From: Flectonema sp. DT1601 | Lineage: Eukaryota | Length of the DNA stretch: 64,000 nucleotides | Assembly (NCBI GenBank): GCA_964019425.1 | Contig: OZ025788.1 | Coordinates: 992,001-1,056,000, forward strand | Direction of reading: 5' to 3' | In this document: one piece after another, positions 23,837 to 34,937 of the stretch | Layout: every line of letters starts with the position of its first letter | How positions within the stretch are numbered: the stretch's first letter is position 1 | Program-made: the position numbers and the translations under genes | Notes under the pieces: model-generated | Told to the model about the DNA's origin: nothing | The model's database searches: none | Seen by the model: the letters and a program-made list of their open reading frames with translations, nothing else

Positions 23837-24214
23837 TAAAATTTAGTTTTAGAAGTTTAAGAAAACTGAATGGGGAGAAAATATAAATTCAACTTACTTC
23901 ATCAACATCCACATTAGAAACAATACCAACACAGCAACAACACTCGTGACAAATCTATATTATGTTCTGATAACCTTGTTGTGAATAAAATAAAAATAAT
24001 TTTTTTTTTTTTTTACCTGGAAAAAAATTTAAGGCAGCCTATTAAAGCAATGATTAAATAATAGTCTGCTTCGAAAATATTTAGAGAGAGAGGGAAAAAA
24101 AAAAAAAAAAAAAAAAAAAAACACACGTTTTTTTTTGGCAACTGCTGTATAGAACATAAAGTAATGACGCGATTGAACAGTAGTTCAGTCACTACTGTAA
24201 CAGTAATCAATTTA

Positions 24215-24943
24215 TCAATTTTTGTGTTGATTACAAAGAGAAAACACATCGCAAATATCTGTCACTAAATAATCAGCATTTGGATAGTCCGGTGGAGACT
24301 TGGTAACAGAAGGACGCTGACCAGGTGCTAAGTCATTACACACTAAAACAGTTAACCAACCCATTGATTTTGGTACCTTTAAATTAGCATACGAATCGTC
24401 CGCAAAGCATATCGGGAGGTCAGTCCCATTTATAAATGATAACGCGGTATGGTAGGCTGGCTCAGCTGGTTTGTTTACCCACTCTGAAGGCGGTGGAAAT
24501 GGCTTTCCCTTAGTTGGAAATAACCCCCACTGATCGTAACACGAAATGATACGATCAAACACAGAAGGAAATCCCAAAGCCTGTAAACACTTGCTGGCAT
24601 GTTCTTGCGTTCCGTTGGTGAATATAAATACAGGATGAGGATAGTTCTCAACTGCTTCAACTAATTGTTCATTTTTTAATATCTTTTTGTGATGTTCCAT
24701 TTTATTATTATGAACAAAATCAAGATACTCCGTAAGATCACTCAGGCCACACTCTGCAACATATCCAGCTACCGCTAAACCACACTTTTTATAGTATTGG
24801 TTTGTAGTAATATCAGCTTGCTCTGGTGTTAGTCCAAGTGTCTTTGTTCCAAATTGACGGATATTTTCACCCATCTGCTTTGCAATACCACTATCTCTCC
24901 TGTACATACAGTTGTCAAGATCAAGTAATATACGATGAGTCAT
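24215..24943 (-). CDS. HAD-superfamily pyrimidine 5'-nucleotidase (SDT1/PHM8-like)
   Basis: Motif I DLDNCMY, YLDFVH, motif II FTNG, motif III KP, motif IV DDS..NL. Confidence 0.88.
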   Translation of the reverse strand: MTHRILLDLDNCMYRRDSGIAKQMGENIRQFGTKTLGLTPEQADITTNQYYKKCGLAVAGYVAECGLSDLTEYLDFVHNNKMEHHKKILKNEQLVEAVENYPHPVFIFTNGTQEHASKCLQALGFPSVFDRIISCYDQWGLFPTKGKPFPPPSEWVNKPAEPAYHTALSFINGTDLPICFADDSYANLKVPKSMGWLTVLVCNDLAPGQRPSVTKSPPDYPNADYLVTDICDVFSLCNQHKN

Positions 24944-25358
24944 GTTGACTGTTTACTGATAAAATAAAAATAATAATAATAATAATCACTACTAACACTC
25001 AAGATAGTACCGTAGTATCTCCTTCGGATAATGGTTTTATGTAATCTGTTACTGCAATAAAGCTTATCAAAGTGGTACGAATAGTTAACACAGGCAGGTG
25101 CATAATGTTGTAAATAGCGTCAGGTGACATGTTGTCACTACAGAATAAAATAATTAAAAAAAAGTGAGAGTTAATCGGCAGGCCCTTGAGACCGGCTCCA
25201 TTTCATATTCGCTGCAAGTCCCTGCAAAGGAAATGCGAGAACGGAGGGTTCCTTTTGTAGAACTAATTCCAAAGAAAGAGAAAAAAAAAAAAAAGAATAC
25301 GTTAGAAATATTGCTCATAACCAGTGAGGTTCTATGCGACAGATGGGAGGAAGAATTA

Positions 25359-26546
25359 CTACTCTCCGATAGTAAGCAACAGCATTAGAGAATCGTGTGA
25401 GTGAAGCTCAACTTCTATTTTATCATTTTTTATTTCTCCGATATCGCTGTGTTTCCACAAGTCTCTTCCTTGAATAATCGAACCAGATGGAAATAACTTT
25501 GAAATATCAGAAAACGTTATCTTCTTAACGTCATCATGAAAGTTAATAAGCAAGACTGCAATACCTGATGAACAGGTTTTAAACCAAACAGCCCCGGGAG
25601 TTGTTCCTGAGAATTCTGTTGTGTTGGCTGCTAGTGCCATCTTACCCAAAGCATCTTGATCTACAGCAACGACTTCTTTATTAGTATAAATATCTAAAAC
25701 TGTTTGAGTAAGGTTACGGATATCTACTGCAGACCATAACGGAGCAGCAGCCATCGCCCACATACTGAAGTGAGTTTTCCATTCAGTCGGAGACAGGCCA
25801 TCCATTCCAACTATAAGCATGTCTGGGTCTTGCCAGGCTCCAATTTGAGTTGAATTAGGGTACTGAGTATCACCAATAAAGTTACGTATCATACGACTCC
25901 AAGTCGCATGACCTGGTGGACAAATATCTAACGTTGTTCTCCAAATGGTTCCAATGCTTGGTCCCCATTGATATACATTGTCACTCCCCCAAACGCACAT
26001 ATAAAAAGCAATCTTATGACCTGTTTTATTATGTGCATTCTCTATAGCCCTGTGCATTCTTGTATATAATTGTTCATAAGAATAGTTGTCGGGTTTGTGA
26101 CAAGCATCTTCTTCTATAAGATCGATTCCCCACTCGGCGTATGTCAGAGCATCAATTTCTTCATAATTAAAACTACCTTCATACCCAGCACATGTTTGTG
26201 ATCCAACATCAGTATAGATACCAGCAAGTAGACCCTTGCTGTGAATGTAAGATACTAAATCTGACATTCCGTGAGGAAACTTTTCTGGATCTGGCATTGG
26301 TCTTCCCATAGCATCTCTATGACCAGTTTTTGTAATGCATTCTTGTATTATTATTGTTTTGTATCCAACGTCTACCATCCCTGAAGAGACTATTGAATCA
26401 GCCATTTGACGTATCACCGAGTCGTTGTAATTACAACCAAATTGATTCCAGTTAGCCCAACCCATCGGAGGTGTTGGAAACATGTTGTGAGGATCCCATG
26501 CGAGTGAAATCGACAAAGCAGATAACACTGACGTCAAGCGAAACAT
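25359..26546 (-). CDS. Secreted/lysosomal GH27 glycoside hydrolase (alpha-galactosidase family), atypical active site
   Basis: Signal peptide, TPPMGW..WN.FGC, FPHGM, GIYTD.G..TCAGY.GS, WRTT.DI, DPDML.VG, THFSMWAM.AAPL, C-terminal RDLW beta domain. Confidence 0.92.
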   Translation of the reverse strand: MFRLTSVLSALSISLAWDPHNMFPTPPMGWANWNQFGCNYNDSVIRQMADSIVSSGMVDVGYKTIIIQECITKTGHRDAMGRPMPDPEKFPHGMSDLVSYIHSKGLLAGIYTDVGSQTCAGYEGSFNYEEIDALTYAEWGIDLIEEDACHKPDNYSYEQLYTRMHRAIENAHNKTGHKIAFYMCVWGSDNVYQWGPSIGTIWRTTLDICPPGHATWSRMIRNFIGDTQYPNSTQIGAWQDPDMLIVGMDGLSPTEWKTHFSMWAMAAAPLWSAVDIRNLTQTVLDIYTNKEVVAVDQDALGKMALAANTTEFSGTTPGAVWFKTCSSGIAVLLINFHDDVKKITFSDISKLFPSGSIIQGRDLWKHSDIGEIKNDKIEVELHSHDSLMLLLTIGE

Positions 26547-27258
26547 GTATTGAGATAGGTATAACTTTTTAGTTAAATAATATAACCGTTGTTTGTTTGT
26601 TTGTTTGTTTTTTTTTCATTCTCTAAACTAGAACAGACAACACACATACAAAAGGGTACTAGCAAATTGCTACCAGCCTTGAACAACGTGTAAATGCAAA
26701 AAAAAAAAAAAAAAGAGGGGTAAAAAAAAAACGCAAAAGGGTATTCATAAGGAAACACCAACACCGTACTGAAGACTGAGAACAAGTCTTAAAATAATAC
26801 CAGTGCAATGATAGTATGGCACATCAAAATATTCTGTAAAGAATAGTGACTGCGCGATGGCATGATATGCTTACAAGAAATTAATAATAGCACACTGTGA
26901 AGCACGCCAGCTGGCAAAAAAATAAAAAATAAAATAAATAATTGACCAACTTCTGTTGTGCGCAACTGGTACAAAAATCCTAATAAAGGAATAGGTTGCC
27001 ACAAATTATCTTTGAATAACGGGTTTACAAATATATATAAAAAAAAAAGAATCGGCAAACTTGACGTTTTACTTTTATACAAAAAAGAAAGAAAAAAAAA
27101 CAGCAGGCACAAAAAGATTTTCAGAGTACCGTAGCAGTATAACAGTCGCGTCGTACTCAACGAATACAAAGCGAGCAATAGAATCAAAATAACAGACCAA
27201 ATAAAACAGATGTCAGCGTACTGAAAGCACGCCCGTAAGAACAGGTATGAAAGAAATA

Positions 27259-30200
27259 TTATAATGGAGGCAGTATCATGTGGCTGATAACAAATCTCGG
27301 TAAACACGACAACAGAGCAGGAAAGAAAATGAATCCGTGAATCATACCAAACAATATGGTCGCAAATAACATTTTAAAAAATGTTAGAAAAGTTTCACTA
27401 CTAGCGAGGGAGAGGACTGCAACTCCAAGAAGTGTACTCATACCACCAGCGAATATAGAAGCACCAATTTCTTCCAATGCTCTTCTGACATAAAACCATG
27501 AAGGTTGAAGCTCATGGTCGGTATTTGCTCCTTCTGTGAGTCTGCTGTTCACAAATGCGATTCCAATATGAGCACAGTAATCAACACTGATACCTATAGA
27601 CATCGCTATAACAATATAGCTTACTGGGTTTTGACTAATCCCCATGAAATACATCCAACCAAGTACCGACACATCAATCATTGCGACATTAACCGTAACT
27701 AAAATAGCCATACTGGGAGGCATGAATAGGATCAGAGCAGCAAGAACTGCTAATCCACTATATATTAAATTCTGTCTAATCAAGACATCAATAGTTCTAT
27801 CTCCATCAGTAAAAGCATACCAGTCTGCTATTATGTAGCCACTAATACCGGTTACTTCACTCCATGATGAGAAAGCAGCTCTAGCAGCCAGCATGTCATC
27901 TGCCTTTCCCCACGTGTCATCCGATATACGTTGAAGACCAGTGAACTTTGCTTTTATAATTGTTTTAGTCACTGGGTCTAGGACTACTTGAGAATAGAAG
28001 TGGGGTGTTTCGTTGAGAAATTGCTGTTTTTTTTTTTTTTTGAGTTTAAAGCATCACTAAGAAGCTTATTAAACAAACAACACATACAAACAACAATGGA
28101 TAAAAATTTTCCCCTGTTGGATTACTCATACGCAGATACGTATCAACAAGATTAGTTGAAACGTAGCTTTCCCTTCTGAGGTTTGCCCAAACCCTAAACG
28201 ATAGTAGCCAAGGGTTGAAAGCAAAGATGGATTCTTGCCGTTCAAGGTCAACCTGTTTAGTTATTTCTCAATTTCATGTTATTAAAAAGAAAATTAAAAA
28301 AAAACAAACCTTCAACCTCTCCACTACATCAACAATATTCTGAGATGACCAATCAATACGTGAATCCTCAAGAATGACATTAACTTCTGAAGGAACTCCT
28401 TGAAAGTATACATCTTGTTGATCAAAATAATCTCTCACGTATGAATCTGAAGGAAGTGTTTCAGTTAGAGCTAGTCCTTGTTTTAGATTTGGTATCTGTG
28501 AGGCACAGATGATCCCCCAAATTATGAAGAATATAACAATAAAACCCTTTCCTACTTTGTGGGTCACAGCTGGGGCGTACATCTCTCTCATAAATTTGCT
28601 GATTAATCTGATTTGATAATTTGAAAGATATTTTGATAATTATTTAAAGTATTATTAAGAACTTTAACATACGATGCTGACTCTTGGGAATTTAGATCGC
28701 TTCCTTCATCGTCAGATCCTGAGTGGTCAGAATCGGAGTCCACTGATATTAACCCATCTCCGGATACTTCTTCCGTAGTGCATGGTGTTGTCTGTCGCTG
28801 TGTTGAAGTTGGTGCGCCCAACTTATCGCCAGTAATACATTTAAGCAAGTCTGACCGACTAACTGGTTTCCCAGTTAGAACACTCTTACGACGAATTCGA
28901 CTCGATGGTACTTCCAATCCTAATGATTCTTGTCGGAGTGAAAGCCTAGGTCCGCAGTGCCGTAGAACAATCTGATCTTCCTTTGGACCGTCACTATCCA
29001 AAGAATGGATTACGTGGTCACCTTCTTCACTAATTGTGTTTATAATTTCAGGTATTTCCGTGTTGTCGTTTTCTTCTATTCCGTTTTCTTTTGAAGGCGG
29101 TAATAACGGCAAAGGAACCACTGAAATCTTATTAGCTGTAGCCTTCGTATCAATAAGAAGCTGTTTATCACAACCCAGGAATTCCTTAGCTGTAGTGTAT
29201 CTATCCGGAAGAACAATGCAAAACAACACATCAATGCGATTGCTTCGAATTCGTCGCTCATCTAGGTCGAGAGCGATCAAAAAAACTGTGACTTGAATAT
29301 AAAAATCCCAACAAATAACTAAAAATGCCACAATTGTAAACGACCTGACTGCCGGCATCGTCGCAGTAGCTCCAACAGCGAAGGCAATGATATCCGTTAC
29401 AGTTGTTAAAGTAATGGGTGGACCAGAGACTCCTAATGATTTAGACATTCTGGTCTTTCGATCAGAAAGATGGAAGTGATTATTATAACAATCAACAATT
29501 ATAATAATATCATCTACACCGATACCAATTAATACAAATAATACAAGTGGTGTGATGGGTGTCATCTTCTCCCCGACGAGACCTAAACATCCCAAACCAA
29601 TTCCAAATGCCAACAACATAAAGAAACAACCAATAGCACCTAATAGCAATCTTGATCCGACAAGAGTGAGATCACCAAGAACGACAGAACAAAATATAAT
29701 AACGAGGAAGATGGAGACTGCTACGAGTGCGACGTCCTGGTTTACAACTCTTTCCAATTCTTTATTTATACTACTTGAAGCGAAGACTGCAGCATTTACA
29801 CCTGGAACCTTAAAATCACTGTTGAAATAGTTTATAATTGTGTCCTCAACGTTAGAGAGTGTTGACTTATCAGCTGGAGAGTATGCCCATGCGTCTTTAC
29901 AAGCAAGTAGAGATATTACCTTACCCGAGTCAGATCGTTCAACGTTAACAAAATCCTTTAAATACGAACCATTCCCTCGCAGTGAGTCATCATTCATAAA
30001 GACGGTGAGTGTAACATGAAGATCAGGATCTGATATTACTATGTCTCTGTTGTATCCCCACACTGCTAGAATTGACTGTCTTGGACAGGGCCATTTTTCT
30101 GATGGTCGGTGACAAAGTTCTTGAAATCGACCTTCTGTGTCAACCAACTCATGAGCATCCAGTAGTCCATAAAGAAATTCTTTCGTTAAAATATCAACAC

Positions 30201-30696
30201 CCGCAGCAGTTGGATAGTATAGCACTGCTGTTCCTTTTGGTTTTTCGAGAAAGTCTGCTTTGTATCTTTTCATTTCTTTGTATCCTTTCATGTCGATTGG
30301 GTTCCATAATTCAGAGGATTCGGTTTCTGATTCGAGTAATACGAAAATAGAAACCCCACTAAAGATGACTAATAGAACGAGTATCATAATATAAACACAT
30401 GGATGGTTTAATACACTAGTTGCTAGTCTACTGAATCCTTTGTGAAGTGTTTTCGCTACGAATGCTGGCAGAGGCCATGCAGACTTCGTCACAGCAGTTT
30501 TTGCAAACATTTGCGCAACTTGGACATTTCCTCTAAAGTGTTGTTGGATTCTTTTTAAATTTGCGAGGCATTCCAGAGCGAAATGAGCATCTCCAAACTC
30601 AACATCCGCCTGCATCACAACAGACCTGACCCTTCGCAGGGATTTTGATCTCTTTCTCATGGATATGTTTGGAGGTGGTTTGAGATCGTGAACCAT
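27259..30696 (-). CDS. Patched/NPC1-like sterol-sensing RND membrane protein, 4 exons
   Basis: SSD motifs GIGVDDIIII and GPPITLTTVTDIIAF.VG; second half GISVDYCAH and HGFIFFPALLS. Introns 28608-28672 (alternative in-frame AG 9 nt downstream), 28253-28309 and 28024-28087 restore one reading frame. Confidence 0.9.
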
Positions 30697-30869
30697 TTTA
30701 CAATTGTCTTCTTTTTTTTATTTCTTTATTCTTTTTGAATGTGTATTAATATTGAAAAAACGGATTCAAATAAATTAAATCAAGGGTAAAAAAATAATGT
30801 TAGAAACAGAAAGTAATAGTATAGCAAATAAATAAATAAACAAAAAAAGAAGTGTAAATAATAAAAAAA

Positions 30870-32067
30870 TCAGACAATATCAGTTTGTTCTGTTTTTTTC
30901 TTTGGAGGAGGTCTAGGAGGCCATTTCGTATCAGTTTGTATTTTATAAGACTCAGTAGTCCTTGCGGCTGTAATAACACCAGCAGTATATCCACTTAAAT
31001 ATGTACCTGAGAAGTAACTACCAGTATTATCAACGTAGACTGTACTGGTTCCAATCCATGTTTTTGGTCGAAGGTGGGCATTACCTAGATGGGATTTAGT
31101 GATTAGCCTTTGACTTATTGAATACGCTGGACCATAAATATGTTTCATAGAGAACTCTACTAAATATATCACCGATGAATCTTTCATCATGGCGACTTCT
31201 CCAGTGCCGTGGAATCCTGTTCCGTCGCGTGAGAGGTGTATTGAGATTCTGGTTTTGTTTGTTTTTTTTTCTCTTTTTTTTTTTTGAATCATTTCGAAGT
31301 AAATAACAACTCAATCAACAAACCTCGTAGTTTTCATAGGTGAAGGCAGTTGTTGGATTACCCACCACCCGGACACATCTATTGTTTTATTGGATGCTTC
31401 AAGCTCAGTGAGCGCAGCTTCAACTCTGACACCACTCGGAGGTGGGATGAATTCGTCATCACTGCTCTCATCACTGTGAGTGGCAAACATATTCTGAAGA
31501 ATTCGTTTTTAAAAAATATAAATTTAAAAAAAAAGTTACCAAATAAAGTATTCCTCTCATTCCATTCTGTAGTAAGAAAGTGAAGGTTACAATCACAAAC
31601 ATGACGGGATAATTTCTGTTTTTTTTCCCAGATATAACAGATGAATTGTGATGCTGCACTTCTAAAGTTCACAGTTGGTGGTCAACTATCGTTGTTTCAA
31701 TAGAATATCTAAGAATACAACTGTCATTTCTAATATAACCTTGACGAGGTATCTCACAGGAGTCGCAAGTAATTTCGTATTCCCTGAGACGGAGTAGCTT
31801 TCCTCGTGAGATCTCTTCGCCATCACATGCAAACCGACCAGTTGTAGTTTGCTGACAGACAATATTATTTATCACACCGTGTCTACAGGATTCACCATCA
31901 CACATGAGCTGTAGGTCGTCTTGTTCTTTGCGAGTTTTCTTTATTTTCCTGCCTTCTTCAAATGTTAACTCAGTGAGACTAGCCATAGGAATACAGCTAT
32001 CGATCACTGCCAATTCCGTGGCAGACAGAAGTGAAGTAATTGCTAGTAATAAAATAATGTATTTCAT
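30870..32067 (-). CDS. SARAF-like luminal domain plus hydrophobic segment plus unknown C-terminal domain, 4 exons
   Basis: Signal peptide; LTF.EGR..QLMC.G.SC..IVCQ..FAC..ITCD..GYI..SC.L.YSI resembles the SARAF/DUF1183 Cys pattern. Predicted introns 31616-31672, 31494-31539 and 31249-31323 join it in frame to the 30870 ORF. Confidence 0.65.
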
Positions 32068-32533
32068 TTTTTTTTTTTCATAAGGTTTTTACACCTACCT
32101 TAGTTAATTTCACCGATCAACACCATTTAATCGAATAACTGTAATAAAGATGGGTAGTGACTTGATCTCATTTTTTGATCGTATTTTGTGTCGTTTTATG
32201 ATGTTTGTTCTGTTTCCCTTTTTTTTTTTTTTTTTTTTAAATTTTTTTTCGCAATCTAAAACACGGTAACGAAAACTAATGTATACAGCTACATCGATAC
32301 CGCGTGAGCGAAATAAAAAAAGAGGGAATAATAATAATTCAGAATAAGAAGAATAGCGAATGCTACAACACAAGAAAAATAAAATAATCTAACGTCGAAG
32401 AAGTGATAGTTTGACAATTGTAAAAAGAAAACAGGCAAAACTCGACGCACTAAATATGTCAGATGATCAAGTTCCAGAATGGAACAATCGACTATCAGAA
32501 TGTATCAATTAGAGTTGAGATGCTGATTGCTAT

Positions 32534-33474
32534 TCAGGTATCAGATCGCATAGTTTCCATGAAATGTTTAAGTTGATCACCACCTGCAACTTGAGCAATA
32601 GTTGCCCAGATACTTAACAAGACTCTTGGTACACCACCTCTAAAAAAACCGTATACCCCACTCCCCCTATAGATATCAGCAGCAGCTTCTCTCATTGATA
32701 TAGGTGTTGAAGATATTCGTGAAAACTTCTGTTGCTCTACCCGGATTACTTCTACAGGATTATTCCAACAAGCTAACGTTCCTCCCACTGTTGAGGAGAT
32801 TACCTTCAACAGGACAGGTGGGCGTTCACCTGCTTTCGGTTTTTCAAAAAACGGTTCTATTGCTGACTCCGTAGCACGCGATATACCAAAACGAGATCCC
32901 CAATTTGTCATTTGTCGTAGTGCTAGGGCGTGTACACCCTTGTACATCCCAAGGATGCCTTGTAGCTTGATTACATTGAGAGCTAATTTTATTGTTGACG
33001 AGCTGGCTTCGGTTCTGGTAACCGCAACAGTTGTCATGAATGTTGTGACACCCATCGTTGTGTATGATTGTGCAATTCCTCCTGCCATTCCTGTTTTTGT
33101 TTAATTATACGACAAACTTCAATACGTCTTTAAGAAAACAGATCCATCAATAACATACCTGCAACAGCTCCAGCAGCCCCTGCAGAAGCTCCTGAACAAA
33201 GCAGTCGATATTCAACTTCGCTACTGGTATATTGAAGAACTGCCCCTTTTGTTGCGCACTCAACCCAACCCCATGGGATAAGTCCCTGATAGAATCCTAA
33301 AATACCTCCTCTACTCCAAAAGTGAGCCATGCAATCTTTTAAACCAGCTCCTCTGTTAACACCCATGTAGGTTTTCATTACTTTTAGAGGTTGTCCCAAA
33401 GTTGATATTTTAATTAAATCAGCAGCGCCACCGACTGCCAAGCTGTCGAGTGCGACGGGTTTGCGACGGGGCAT
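32534..33474 (-). CDS. YHM2: Mitochondrial carrier, YHM2-like (citrate/oxoglutarate carrier subfamily), 2 exons
   Basis: TLGQPL, WSRGGILGFYQGLIPW.W.E..TKGAVL, RQMTNWGSRFG.SR, WNNPVEVIRVE. Intron 33091-33158. ATG at 33474 follows TTTTTCTTTCATAG. Confidence 0.88.
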
Positions 33475-34937
33475 ATTCTTACGCAATCCCCTATGAAAGA
33501 AAAAGATAATATAAAAATATCTAAACGAGGGTGCAACGGCAGTCCAGCGTTGTCGACGCAGGCAAGTAAACTATAAAAAGGAAGGGTAAAACAAAAGAAA
33601 AAGAAAAAGAAAAAAGAGATAAATAAGAAGACGAAAAAGGGGCTGACAACAAGACGTGCTGAGACTGTTTTGTTTTCTCCCCGGGTTTCGAATTGTAGTT
33701 GCTGTTGTGTTTTCTGAAGAGACCAATGCAAGCTAATAAAACACCAAAACAAAAACTATGTATAAGTCAGGTAGAAAACGCAGTTCTCAAACACGTTGGT
33801 TCGTTCTCTCGTTTTGTTTTGTTTTCTCGTTTTTTTTTTTTTTTTTTTTTTTCTTTTTTTCTTCATTGCAGTGATACCCAGGAATATCGGACTGCTGCAG
33901 AGTAGGGAAACCTCTTCTTTTCTTTCTTTCTTTTTTTCATTCTCTCCCCTTGTGTGCGTTCCTTGCTTTCGAAAGCTTGTCGTCTCCTAATTAAAGGTAG
34001 AAAAACCAACCCTCACTTGGGCTATGGAGTCTCATAAGAGAACAGCATCAAGGAAGAGAGAAAAAGACGAAGATAATAAATTTAAACACAATATTTCCGC
34101 ACCAAAAAAAAAACAAGAAACGAAAACTTTTTTTTTTTTTTTTGGATGCGGAAATAACTGCGAGGGTTGCCAATCAGGTTTTTTTTTTTTTTTTTAATTG
34201 AACCGCACCAAGAAAATAGGTTAAAATGGCAACTCTGATTTATCGCTATCTTCCTATGTATCGGCCACCACACGCAGAGGGGGGCGGGGAAGGGTTACTT
34301 CTCAACAGGTACACATGCAATGCTCAGTTATCAAGCAGAGGAGCGCACCCAGATCAAAGTAAATACAACGAGACTCTGTTTAAAAAAAATCGAATACCGC
34401 ACACACAGTAATCAAAAGCAAAAAAAGAGGGGAAAATAAAGAAAGAAAGAAAAATAGCATTCACAATCTCCCTATTGGACGGGTCACAGATTTCTTTTTT
34501 TTTTTTTTTTTTGTCAAAGCGGTCTCTCATACAGCAATCCAGCAACAATAATTCGGCTAATGACATAAATAGTAACAAATTAATGAAGATGAGATGATGC
34601 CGCTTTGAATACCGGAAGTCTGATGAGAACCTTTTCTGCATTAATCACCTCATCGGTTATTACAAATAAAGTAACGACAACTATCGTACAAAATCAACTT
34701 GTCAATACAGAGTTAGATTAACAATTCCTTTTGAGCAACGTATAGAGCAATTTATATATTTGGTATGAATCCCTTTTGTATGTTTTTTTTTTTCTCTTTT
34801 TTTTTCTTGCTCACATAGGAACTATAGGAAACTTGAAGACGATAAAGACGAGCACGTTGGCCATGCAGTCTAAGTCTCTGGATAAGACTCCAACGTATAC
34901 TTGATGCCAATTAGAAATGGAGACTGTCAGAATGCTA

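Noticed and set aside
26789..27307. 172-aa hydrophobic minus-strand ORF
   Set aside because: Overlaps the end of the Patched-like gene in another frame and reflects T-rich UTR composition.
24215..30696. Lysosomal functional cluster (GH27 plus NPC1-like)
   Set aside because: Adjacent genes in directional clusters are generally unrelated; there is no evidence beyond proximity.
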